From Bigelowiella natans CCMP2755 (taxonomy: Eukaryota; Protista; Cercozoa): a stretch of 64,000 nt of DNA. Position numbers and translations under genes: made by a program. The notes under the pieces were generated by a model that had not been told where the DNA came from, searched no databases, and saw only the letters and a program-made list of their open reading frames with translations. Positions 1 to 12,004 of this stretch are shown piece after piece. Location of the stretch: assembly GCA_000320545.1 (NCBI GenBank), contig ADNK01000614.1, forward strand, positions 187,576 to 251,575. Direction: 5' to 3'. Positions within the stretch are counted from its first letter, which is position 1. Every line of letters begins with the position of its first letter.

Positions 1-186
1 GTGTGCCTGTGTGTGTATGTATGTGTGAAAAAGTACTTGTCAGTCTGAAATCCAATCCTCGCCACATGATCACTAATGTGTGCTTTATTTGAATTATTTG
101 CCTTTTTTATGTATGTCGGGGTAATATATTGCGCTGTGTGTTTGTCTATCTACTCTTCCTCTATTATCTCTCGTATCATCAATTAG

Positions 187-297
187 TCTGGCAACGACGC
201 AGAATGGAAGGTAAACATTAATAAATATGCCAAACCTGAACCGAATACTGCCCCAGAAGAAGCAACAGTCTCGGCGGTAGAAAAAGCAGCAAAATAG
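187..297 (+). CDS. Probable terminal exon of a gene entering from the left (SGNDAEWKVNINKYAKPEPNTAPEEATVSAVEKAAK*)
   Basis: Pyrimidine tract and ttag acceptor at 186, then 37 open codons to TAG at 295-297. No recognisable domain. Confidence 0.5.
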   Translation, partial: SGNDAEWKVNINKYAKPEPNTAPEEATVSAVEKAAK

Positions 298-486
298 CTG
301 TGGTTACGAGAATATCATCTTAAAGTGTGTTTTTCCCTGCACACATATCAGATATATTTTGTAGCGCAAAGTGTGCTGAAATATGACAATGACAGATTTC
401 TATACCTAATATACATTAACTGTATCCTCCCGAAGGATAGCTGCTCGTTGTGTGTGCGCAGACACGTTAAGACTGCAACTGTCTAT

Positions 487-571
487 ATGAGACGGATGTA
501 ATGAAGTGTTTAAATCTTTTCAATGGTCATCCTAATGTAGCTGTGCAATGCAGCGGCTACAGCGCTTAAAT
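487..571 (+). repeat. Copy A of a short dispersed intergenic element
   Basis: The blocks ATGAGACGGATGTAATGAA (487-505) and GCGGCTACAGCGCTTAAAT (553-571) are each identical over 19 nt to the reverse complement at 40626-40644 and 40543-40561. Confidence 0.85.
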
Positions 572-1115
572 ATATGTACATAGCTTATGCTTGCGATGGT
601 GTGCTCATTTGCAGCTGCAGACATCCTTCAAAAAATGCATAAAGGGTGAAACGAATAATCCAATGCGCGTAATATTTTACTAAAGAAAACCCTCCAGTAT
701 AAATAAGCCTTGAGCAAAGTAGAATACTGCAATGGACAATAATAGACACAGCAATATAATATATTGCATGTCTATCATGACACTGCGCACAGTGCTCATA
801 TTTTGCAAAGAAAGTCGAACACTAACGGCCTCATGCCTTCCAAGCACACGATTATAAGAACAATAGCGATGTTTCAATTATGATGTGTGGCGCCTATTAT
901 AACGCATTAGGCGTACGTGTTCATTATTGACTTTGTTATGCATCTGACTTGATGATAATGGCTAATAAGTGGCCAAACTAATTCATCCCTATTGCATGTT
1001 CCTTGGATAGTCGATATGCGCACGGATGCCATAACGATGGTTGGTATGATATGCCAAAAGAGTGCGCGATGAAAGCATTGCTAGGATTCTATTCATATAT
1101 GCTATATCGTTGTTA

Positions 1116-1902
1116 TCAATGGGGCGTTGATGATTTTCCTGCTGCAGGTTCTCTGGCCTCCTGCTTTTCCTTCGGTGGACAGCACACAACGCACGGGTTG
1201 AACCCAACATTACGGGTTCCGCATGTGTAGCACACCCACTCCTCAGCTGTACATTCGGAGAAAAACAATGTATGGAAAGGGGCGGGGGGGGCGGGGGGGA
1301 TGATAAGATGTTACAATTCAAAGATGTGTCTCCTTATGTGCACATTGTTCGCCTACCTGCTGATTCTCGGCTCTTATCGCCATCCAGCTGTTTTCAATAT
1401 ACACATCAATCGTAACATACGTTGCTCATGTCAATGACGACAAGAACGATGAACGTGAGGGAATAACTCCAATTGCACCACTTGCACATCACGACAACAC
1501 AAAACGCAACACAACACAACACAACACAACCCCAAAGGCAGCCAACTCGTCCTCATCCAGTGGATCTCCTGTATACCAACGCCCATCAAAGCCGCAACGA
1601 CCGACAGTAGTAATAATGCTTGCATTCATATTTATCATCATTCATCATCCCATCGTCGTCATTAACATACTACGTACAACGCACAATAACACGCCCGCGA
1701 AAACGGGCATCACGTTAGACATCATCATGGCACCTTCATGCTCTTCAAAAAGCTCCTCGATCTTCGGGAACAACCGAACGCGCTTCCGTATCATCGTCGT
1801 GTTTTTCTTGTCTACTTTCTCTTTTTTGTTCTTTGCATCGTCGAGCAAATAGCCCAGCGAGTTGTCCTGCTCGTACGTGACAATCAACACAAACACAAGA
1901 CA

Positions 1903-1954
<52 letters not shown>

Positions 1955-2946
1955 CATATGATAATTGATTTGCCAACCCTCTATATGCATGCCTGCAGCA
2001 GCACCAGCATCAAGGTGTTTCAGTACCGTACTCTTCACATCTTGCTCGCCACCCCCCCCCCTTTTCGGCTTGCCCTTCTCCTTCTCCTCCTTCTTCCTGA
2101 CCCCCGTCTTTATTGTAATACACACGACGCGACTTAAACTCTGCAAACATCGCCTTCGGCAGCTGGTAGCGGGATAAGAAAATTAGCAATGAAATCGAAT
2201 AAGAGTGGTGAAGGGCGGATGATGGATCCATTGTACTCCCCCTGTCCCATTCCCCCCCCCCCCCCCCGCCCCTCTCCCTCTCACCCTCAACCTTTTATAC
2301 CTGCATGATGCGCACGTGGATGTGTCGTGAACATTGTGCAGTCCACAAGCCGGACATTGCCACGACTGATATTACGTTGTAAAGCATGCTATCATTAACC
2401 ATCCTCTTCATCATCATCATCATCATAATCGTAGATTATTCGTTCTCTATCCCGCACACCATTGCCATGAGAGCAATCATCGTTCATATTTATCATCATC
2501 ATCATCGTCAACGTCATCATCATAGGCGCCGTGCGCAACTCACTTACCCCGGGTTTGAATACGTTTGGAGCGATGCTGATGCCCTCCTGATATACACGCA
2601 CACGTACACACACACACACACTCACACATACACGCTTTTGTGGTGGAAGGTGGCCATCATCGTATACTACTACCTACAACTGGTACTACTACTACTACTA
2701 CCTCGATGTTTCCCAAATTACAGTTGTAGCACTTCGTCTGTGGAAAGTGGGGAGGGGGGGGGGAGGAGGAGGAGGAGGAGGAAAGAGAAGGCGGAGAGGG
2801 AAGGGGGAGGGAAGATATGAGACTACTGTTTTGGGGGGGGAAACGATTATTATCATTATATCATTATTCGAATGTTCACGTTGAATCTCATCGTTTTTCA
2901 TTGCTGATTTCTTAGTCAAATTAGAAGCAACATAGATGCGAGATCT

Positions 2947-2992
<46 letters not shown>

Positions 2993-3638
2993 AGTCTTCT
3001 CTTATCGTCGCTGCTTCACAAACTAATTCTCAGGGCATATTATTGTCACGCCGTCGCTCACTCACTCTGTTGGCGTAATTCAACGCGTTGCAGGATGAGC
3101 ACACCTGATTGATTAAGAAGATGATGATGATAATTACGACGATGATAATAACGACGACGACGACGACGACGATGATGATGATGATGATGATAAAGATGGG
3201 GTGCAATGAATAGCATACGGGTTCTACCAGTAAGACTCAAATATTAGGTACACTCATTTCTTCCTTCTGCTACGACTCCTACTACTATTACTACTACTAC
3301 TACTACTACTATTAATTATTTGCTATTATTTGGGACTACTACCCAATCGCCGTTGAGCGGTGCTCTTTCTACGACCTCAGCTTGTGTCTTGTTTTTGGAG
3401 CATTTTCGACATCTAAATGCGGTAGGAGGAGGGGGGGGACATTGTTGTTATACATTCATACGTCTCATTTCGTTCGTTATCATTATCATCATCTTTGGAT
3501 GAATCCTTCCACCCGCCCCATTCCCCCCCCCCCCCCCCCCCCCCGGGGAGACCTTTTGTTGGAGGCGTTGTTGGGCGTTGAGCATTCGCTGCATATCCTG
3601 ACGAATTCAATATAAATATAAATATGTAAATGTAGTCG

Positions 3639-3681
<43 letters not shown>

Positions 3682-4555
3682 CTCTCTCTCGTATGTGTGT
3701 GTGTGTATGTGGTGATATGGACAAGTACCAGTCTCCAGGCCTGAGCTCATGCGGGATTTTAGGGCGTCGTACCCCTAAAAAGGCCAGGGCAAATAAATGA
3801 GATGGTGATGATGATGATGATGATGATAATTGAGATAATTCCCACTCCTATGCATATTGCATTCACCCATATTTGAGCTCGATGCACACTCGGCCTGCGT
3901 GCGCTTGCAAACGTAGCAGGATTCCTCCCTGTCACTGTTATAGACCTTGAAAGGAGGAGGAGGAGGAGGAGGATGGGACTAGTTAGAGCACATATCATAA
4001 ATATGACAGAGAGAATGATCACAACATCTCTTAGCTGTCAAAGAAACATGTTTAGTAGAAGTAGTAGTCGTAGTAGTAGTAGCAACTGTTCACTTCTTTC
4101 ATGTGATTGGTTGGTCTATGCGATTGTAAAAGAGGAAGGGTCGCAGACCTTACACCGATGGCAGTACCACGACAGGTATTTCGCCAACGTGCTGTGGAGA
4201 AGAAGAAGAATATGTCATATGATGTTTACAAATTCTATCATATAATCAATTATCCACAACTACGTGGGCAGCTCCTTCCATTCCAAACGACAAAGAGGGA
4301 GGCGATTCAGGCTTAGGAGCGGGATGATCTTTTAATTATTCGTATATATTACCGGACAGGCTCGTTCTTTGGGGCGCGACAAGAATAGCACACCTGCGAG
4401 TCATGGCACCACACAGATATATAACTTTCGCCGATGTTGTGTATTTATGATTCTAGTCGTTGATTTGGAGTTTGCTGCGTTCGTCATCGAGTTTGTGTGT
4501 CTTTTATTATTTCTTGATGGCATTCTAACCACCAATCCATACCATATCATCATTC

Positions 4556-4588
<33 letters not shown>

Positions 4589-4783
4589 CTATGATTCCCT
4601 CCAGCACATATGTTTTGCTTTACATACCGTACGAGAAGCGTCGTTTTTAAAGCCACACGCAACGCACTTCCACTTTTCTACTTCAAATCTATATCATAAC
4701 GCATTTGGGGAAGAAAAGGACCAAGATTAAGCTCCTAGCAAAAATTCTTGAAGCCAAACGTTTTCTATCCTTTCGTATATCTT

Positions 4784-4829
<46 letters not shown>

Positions 4830-4849
4830 CTCAAATATCTATTCGTATA

Positions 4850-4891
<42 letters not shown>

Positions 4892-5125
4892 CACAAAATA
4901 ATATATTTAAAAATCGTATGTTTATTCTTCTTCTCAAGAGGTCTATTTAACATATTATTATTACTACTTCTACTCTTACCGGGAGTTGTCGATAGCTGTA
5001 GCTGTGATGTTAGCCCCACAGAGTTGACATGTCTTACGCGCCTTCATTTAGAAAAGAAGCAAGTGATGTTGATGGTGGTGATGATGATGATGAAGACGGC
5101 AACGACATTAGAAGCCCTCCCCTCT

Positions 5126-5167
<42 letters not shown>

Positions 5168-5468
5168 CGTCTAAATTAGATTTTGCTACCCCCGGATTAT
5201 GGGTGCCGCACTCCTCGCAAGCCCAGTCTCCAGGAAGCCAATCGTTGTTCATCAGCGGCTTTCGGGGGTCAAATCCAGGGCGACTACGCGAAGAGTCGCT
5301 AAGACGTGTGCGTCCCTTGTTTCGAGCCCTCTTATTCTTAGCCCCACCCTTGCCCCTCCCATCTCCGGCAGGTGATGATTTTGTCGAGAGTAAAGCTGGC
5401 ATTGGACACCCTTGGCGTAGAGGCCGCAGATCGAGCAAACCACGCAGGGAGGGGAGACGGCGGATCAT
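1116..5468 (-). CDS. Multi-exon protein with seven RanBP2-type (W-x-C-x2-C-x3-N-x5/6-C-x2-C) zinc fingers
   Basis: Phase-consistent GT-AG splicing reconstructs WACEECGTHNPG|ARKTCQLC, WKCVACGFKNDASRT|VCYSC, WYCHRCK|VYNSDREESCYVC, W|ICSECSTPNNASNKR|CRKC, W|VCSSCNALNYANR|TKCYNC, WQCPACGLHNVHDTSTCASC and WVCYTCGTRNVGFNPCVVC, with stop at 1116-1118. The start is 5468 (MIRR) or 5576. Exons at about 1400-2200 are unresolved. Confidence 0.85.
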
Positions 5469-5930
5469 CTCAACTGAAAAATTAGTACGGTTAGGACTAC
5501 TCAGCTGGGAAATGCTTGTCGCATCCAGACAAAATATTATAGGATAAATACCCTTATTCAATGGATATATTCGCATATCTGGGTAGAGCGAGATACACGG
5601 GTAGCGATGGGTTATTGCAGGATCCTATTTGCTTTCTTACGATGTTTTATTGACGAAAAACAAACGGGATATGTATCAGGGCTTGATTGGGATGTTTCTC
5701 CGATAAATCATTGCCTAACAAGAGGGTTTGCTGCGCCAAATGGCCGACCCTACCCCCTGTCCTCGGGTCGCGAAAGTCCGCACCGTAGGCGGCTTACAGA
5801 CCCCCGCAGCGTTTATCTACGCTAAGAAGGGCCTTCCAATTAACATTACACCTGATTTGTATAAGCATCTACCAAACTTAAAGGTAGTAGTGGTGTGCTG
5901 TGTGGCGATCGAAGAACAACTGACGATTGC

Positions 5931-5970
<40 letters not shown>

Positions 5971-8900
5971 TTTCTCTCTCGATCCCACGTTACGTAGGGC
6001 CTGCAGCAGCCTCTTCATGACTTAATCGGCATGGAATGTGCCAGAAGTACGAAGGATGGGTGCGTTGCTGATTGACAGTTATGCGTGCTACCGCTTTTCT
6101 TCATCCCCTCTCTCATTTAACAAATACAGGCTCCGCAAAATGCTCACAATGGACTCTGAGCAGGTTGTGGCACAATCATCGTAACCCTATTTATAACAAA
6201 TAAATAGTATAAATGGCAGCGCTACTGTCCCTTGCTCTCCCTCCCCCCCGCCCCCCCCTCCCTCTCTTTCTTTCTTTCTTTCTTTCTTTCTCTGTGTCGT
6301 TAAATGAACGATTCGGAGCAGGTGATTTACACGACGATCTGGGACCCTCTCACATGTGTGACAGGACCAGCAAATAACAACGGGTCATTCATTCAACCTT
6401 CCACCATACACTAGCAAACAAAAGGGGCGGGCGCGCATGCGTCGTTTGTGTCTCTGCCTTCGAGGTCTCCTCCATCTTTCATACTCTCCCTATCCCCGCC
6501 CCCCGCCGTCACTGCTATTTGGAGTTCTGAAGAACATTGAATACGGTAGGATCAGCATCAATACGGTGAAGAAAGGCCGCGTCCAGGTCTGCCTTGTATT
6601 TGCCACAAATGAGTAGAGAAAGAAGAAAGTTTTTGATTGAGTGTGTAGCCGTGTTTCTGTGTGTGCTCGTCATTGCCAAACTAGCCACAATTATTATACG
6701 GTCTGGCGTTTGATTCTATTCAGTTGAAATGCGAGTCGTTCATGGCTGACGTCAAAGCGATGCAGCCGCATATGGTCGCCCTTCTTTCCGATCATCTCTA
6801 CCAGCCCACATCAAAAGGTAGGAGGCAGAGCGGGGGGGACGGAGCAGAAGGAGAAGGGAGGTGGTATTGAGTGTGAGTACAACCTCCGATATTACTCTTC
6901 TTCCGTGTCGTGGATCATGTATGTATGCAGGAAGAGTGAGAAAGGCGACAACCCGGACTGTAGACTGGGCGCGGCAATGCGTCAAGCGTGCGAGTGAGTA
7001 CGTGGTGAGGGTGGTCAATCATTAGTCACATGTGTGCATGTGTGTGTGTGTGTGCGGTGTGTGGTATGTTTGTGGACTTGACTGCATAGAAGAATGGAGG
7101 AAATGAATGATCATTTTATCAAGGGACCTTATGGCACGATGACAGCGATTCTGATGATAAGGAGAAGAAGAAGGAGAAACCATCCTCTGGTCTGAAAGCC
7201 ATATGCATATGTATATTCTCCTGAATCCCTTTCCTTATCTTCAAATGATGGAATATGAGAAGGGGCGGGCGGAGAGTACGTCATAGTTATAATCAAAAGT
7301 ATTCAGCACTATTAAGTACTCATCACCGTCCTAACCCCCTCACCATCACCAGCGGTTGCATCAACATCAACAACATCGTCGCCATCTATCTCTCCTCGCT
7401 CTCCAGCTAAGCAAGCGCGGCCTCTGCTTTTTGGCGTCGTCGAGGGGGGGTAATAATGCTGTAATTGCATGTTCGATGTGGTGGTGATGGTGGTAACTAT
7501 TCAGGAAGCTTCACCAGCAATAAACCCGTCCCCCCCCCCCAAACCCCCCATGCCTCATCGCAGGGTTCAATTCCATCCTCTCGTCTTCCTTTTTATCATT
7601 TTCTCCTTCCTTCCTTTCTTCCTTCCTCCCCTCCCCTCCCTCTCCCTTTGGCTGCCACTGGTGTGCAGGGAGATGATGGATTCGAGACGATTCTGTGCGC
7701 AAGCTCTCTCCGACATCGAGGTGATGATAGCGCGTGGAGGAGATAGATCTTCTACCTCAATTATGCTCCCTTTTCCAATAGTAACAGCAGCAGCAGCACA
7801 CATACACACACACACACACACATACATGATCATTGCCTACATCCAATAGCCTCGAATAATCTAATGTCGGTTCTCCTGGTAGGGCCTGGATGGATTCGTT
7901 GTTGCAGGCCTTGGGCAGGGTGAATCTACAGCCGCACGACAGGTGGTGCTAAAATGATAAATGATGAGAATGATGGTGATGGTGATGATGACAATGATGA
8001 CAATGAGAAAAGGAAGGGGGAAGAGAATGTAGATGACGACGATGATCGTGATGATGGTGAAAATGGCGAATGTGATTGCGATGAACAAGCTCTTCAGCAA
8101 GGGAGGTTGCATAAATAGAACTGACTTTGTGCGCCCCCCCCCCCCCCCCTCAGGAGATTTTGCGAACGGTTCTTGCGTGTCTTCCCGTAGAGAAACCTGT
8201 AGTTGCTTCCGTCATTCATTCACCGTTACAGGTGGAAAAGGGGAAGGAAGGGGCGAGAATAGAGAATATGCAGTTTTCCGCTTTTGGCATGGCAAGGGGG
8301 GGGGGGGGGGAGAAGTGGAGGCGGTCTCCCTCTCATCCTGTTGGATTTAGTATTGTAGATGAATGTTTCCCCTTTCGTCATCAACACAATGATGCAAGCG
8401 AGGCTCCCTACAAAACTGTTCCTTTTACACCCAGGAAGCCATTGAATAATGACATGTGGTATATTCACGACAATGCGCAGCAGCAGCAGCAACAACAACA
8501 ACAACCACAGGTTTTGGAGTGCGTGTCACACGGAGTTGACCTCTTTGAATCATGGTTAGTAGGCGACAAACCGATAGTAGCATAGATCATGGGTGAGGAG
8601 GGGAACCAGTGGAAATTATATATGTTTACTTCTCTCTCTCTCTTCCTCTCTCTCCTCCTCCTCTCTCTCCTTCTTTCTTCATGCAGCTATCCGTACCGCT
8701 TAACGTGCAAGGGCTGTGCCTTGACATTCCAGCATATGTTCGACAAAGAGAGGGCTCCGAGTTCTGCCGAGAAGACCGAGAATGACACGAAGGAGGAGGA
8801 GGAGGAGGAGGAGGAGGAGAAGAAGAATGACATTGCACTCTTCTCGAGCAAGATAAATCTTTGGGATCCGAAATATAAGTATACCTTCCTCGTCGCCTTC

Positions 8901-9151
8901 GTTGTCGTCGTCGTCGTGTCACCGCTATTCACAACCATCTACTGCATGCGTGTCTCACGATGCAGTGCATCTATACGTGCGTGCGTGCGTGTGTTTGTGA
9001 TGGGGCTGTTTACAAGCAAGCATTTCTTTTCTTCCCCCTTCCCCTTCTCTTCCTCATCAGACTGGACACTTCGCCCATATTTCCGACCTGTGGGTGCTAC
9101 GCATGTAATTTTATCCATATGCGTGGATACTATTTGCACGTATAATTAGGA

Positions 9152-9187
<36 letters not shown>

Positions 9188-9330
9188 TTCACTTTTTCCA
9201 TATAATAATAATAATATTAATAATAATAATATTAGTAATAATAATGCATAACATCTCATTACAATCACGCAAATATTGTTAAGGAGCAATCGCTCTTCCT
9301 CGAGGCTTATCATCATCATCATCATTAAAA
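1480..9330. repeat. Microsatellite-dense domain 1 (introns of the zinc-finger gene and QTRT2)
   Basis: (CA)n, (GA)n, (CT)n, (CAT)n, (CTA)n and poly-C/G runs are present in most introns. Confidence 0.9.
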
Positions 9331-9933
9331 AAAATCATCCTCAGGTAAAACATACTCGAGGGCATATCTTCATCACCTCCTCAACACGCACGAGATGTTA
9401 GCTCAGGTGGTGTCATTCTCACACTCCTTCCCCCCATCTCGCTGTACGTTTCATTACGCAATCCAAGATGAGTAGCGATTATTCATTTTTTTACGATTTC
9501 GCCTCGCGCGGTGGTCATAGGTGCTGCTGCAGCTGCATAACATCTACCACTTCCAGGCTTTTTTCCAAGAGATTAGAAGGTCATCCTCACAAATAATTAT
9601 GCCGACACAGTCTATCAAATTCTGCTGCGAATTAATGGATTTCTTTCTCTCTTCCTATCTGAACATCACGTTGTGTGTGCCGTTGTGATGTATATCCGAT
9701 TTATGTTGTCGTCCTGGCGCGTGCACGTCTTGCAGTTATTCGAATTGTTAGTCTTTTCTATGTTTTTATGAATTTGTGTGGAGCGTCTGAATTTGATTGT
9801 TGTTCGTGTGTATGTGTGTTTCTTTTTGGTGCTATTGGTCTTCTCCATCACATCTCCTCTATTAAGAGCGATAAGCGAATCCCGTTTTACGGAGTACAGA
9901 GAGCAGTTCGAGCGTGCATTTGATGCTGCCTAA
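5740..9933 (+). CDS. QTRT2: Queuine tRNA-ribosyltransferase accessory subunit 2 (QTRT2/QTRTD1), multi-exon
   Basis: Spliced motifs: LQTPAAFIYAKKGLP; LFGVVEGG; LPVEKP; VSHGVDLFESCYPY; INLWDPKY; the zinc site CGCYAC..YSRAYLHHLLNTHEMLAQVLLQLHN; stop TAA at 9931-9933. Confidence 0.92.
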
Positions 9934-10165
9934 CTAGACATTCGTTACTGTTAGCCAGATCTTGTATGCCATGCCTCAATGCATTCGTAGTAGCAACTGA
10001 ACATTTATTATAATAACAAGTTTACAGTATGGAATGCAATCGTATTAGATTTGTCATAATAAGATTAGCATTTACTGTGTTGATGGCTGAGCAAAATAAT
10101 CGAAAATTTGAGTACATAATGTATGGCTGATGCAGCCGTTGCTAGCGTTGCCGTCTAGGGCAATG

Positions 10166-10225
10166 TGAGATGGATGTAATGAAATGATTATATTTTTTCA
10201 ATAGTCATTCTAACGTAGTTGTGCA
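10166..10225 (+). repeat. Copy B of the intergenic element
   Basis: TGAGATGGATGTAATGAA is present, and 10195-10225 matches 517-547 at 27/31 nt with all four differences being transitions. Confidence 0.8.
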
Positions 10226-10665
10226 GATATGACATCTAGCTAGCTAGTGTAGCTGTGCAGATATGACCTAGCATCATTGAGCATTGTGCGCATACGTCAA
10301 CAATATATAACTCACAAAGCACATCTAGATGCACATGCGGTCATGGTGCTGTGTGGGACCCGTACGAAATGCAATGCATGCACGTGCGACGACGAGCAAA
10401 CAGTGAAAGTATTGTTTATGTAGGACCACATAGCAACTGTTTGTGCTCTGCATGATGTTCATCATGGTAAACAGCAGCAACATGTGCATGTGTGCTGTGG
10501 CTAGAATGTGTCGTCGGTTATTGTGCGAATACATGGCTAGCTCTCGTTCGCTCGTCATAACAAAGTCTCTTATAACTGGTATCATCGACAACCGCCGAAA
10601 ATATACATGCTTTAGCTTTGGTTTGAAGCCATTATTCACCGCTGTAGGCGTTGGATGACCTCATT

Positions 10666-11037
10666 TTAGTTGGGGACAAGGGCAATTTTCCCAAAATGAT
10701 TGTCGCTTACTCCCCCAGCGCCCCCACCCGCCGAGAAGTTGAATGCAGCTGCCGCGCTGTTGAGGCCACGGAAGGTTTTCGCGATCTGTGCCGTGAGCTT
10801 GCCAGCCTCGAACATCTGTGTTAGCTCCTGAAGTCCCTGTGCTGAGTACTGCTTGAAGTCAGGTGCAGTGTTGTAGTTTATTTGGCGCACACCAGGCTTT
10901 GGATTCCCTGAGAGGCAAGGAGGGCCCTGAGTCTTCTTTGCGTAGCACCCGCTGTGTGGGAGGAGGAGATATACGCCTCCCGCGCGTAACGTACGCATCG
11001 CCTTGTCTGCAGTCCCCTCTTCGCCATAGTTATCTAG

Positions 11038-11081
<44 letters not shown>

Positions 11082-12004
11082 GTAGTCGCATTGTTGTCAT
11101 TTGTTGTACATCTTGATCATCATCATTACTCTTCTCACAAAAATCCACCTGGAACGATATACGAGGACAAAGACGATGACGGCGACAACGACGAGGATCA
11201 TTATTCGTTATACATTGACTTGGTGTTTACATCATTGTCATTATTATTACCATACACCACATCCACGCTATCATCTGGCAGGCTCTCGAACAGGTCTGCC
11301 TTCTTGTAATCCACCACGAATGTAGCCCCCAACCCCTTCACAAACGCAATCTCCTCCTCGCCGGACGCTGCTGTTGCGATGTGCGTGGCTCCGTATGCCT
11401 TGGCAATTTCGATGCCAATGAACCCCGTCCCACCCGAGCCAGAGGTGATGACTACGGTGAGATTACCGCTCTTGGTGTCGTTGATCCATGGAGATCCCTC
11501 AGGCATGGGGTCGTTGGGGAGGGACCCTGTCCTCTTCAGAGAGAACAAAGACGTCAACCCAACTTCAGGGATGGTTCCTGCCTGCTCCAAAGGGAGATTT
11601 TCAGGCGCCAGAGCCAGATCAGCTTCTGAGGAGGACACGAATTCGGCGTAAGAAGGATGACCAGCACCCCAGACGCGGTCACCCGGCTTCAAGCGTGTGC
11701 AATCTGGGCATTCCATGACGGTTCCCGCCACATCGTTCCCACAGCCAAGAAGGCAACCGCCGAGTTCCACGGTGTCCACGTCCGAGGGGTTGACCGACGA
11801 GCTGTTGATTGCGATCAAGGCGTGGCCAGACTTGGCCTTTGGGCGGGGCACGGACTTGACCTTGACGCAGGAGGTGAACGGTTTTTTGCAAGGCCCTGCC
11901 CGGACTTGAAGCATGCGACTGCTTCCACCCTCGTCATCGTTGAGGGGGTCTGTTGCATCGGTGACACGGAGGGGGAGGAGAAAGAGGATGAGGGCAAGGG
12001 TCAT
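10666..12004 (-). CDS. MDR-family NAD(P)H quinone-oxidoreductase-like protein with an N-terminal signal peptide; 2 exons (12004-11251, 11033-10666)
   Basis: Motifs SSSVNPSD, GNDVAGTV, LKPGDRVWG, TSGSGGTG, GATFVVDY and GKIALV. The GT-AG intron 11250-11034 keeps frame (VVY-D-NYG). Leader MTLALILFLLPLRVTDA. Confidence 0.9.

Noticed and set aside
890-915. Hairpin CGCCTA..TAGGCG as a Helitron 3' end
   Set aside because: The stem is only 6 bp, there is no CTRR terminus at the expected distance, there is no defined 5' TC end, and no Rep/helicase is present.
1400-2200. Rhomboid or separate gene in the middle of the zinc-finger locus
   Set aside because: No WR/HxxxN/GxSG motif set was found, and a seventh finger downstream indicates the same gene continues. 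Exon phases here remain unresolved.
11651-12004. MDR cysteines arising from TAY-to-TGY hypermutation
   Set aside because: This cannot be tested without homologues. GC-rich coding DNA is TA-poor anyway, and the Cys pattern looks ordered.
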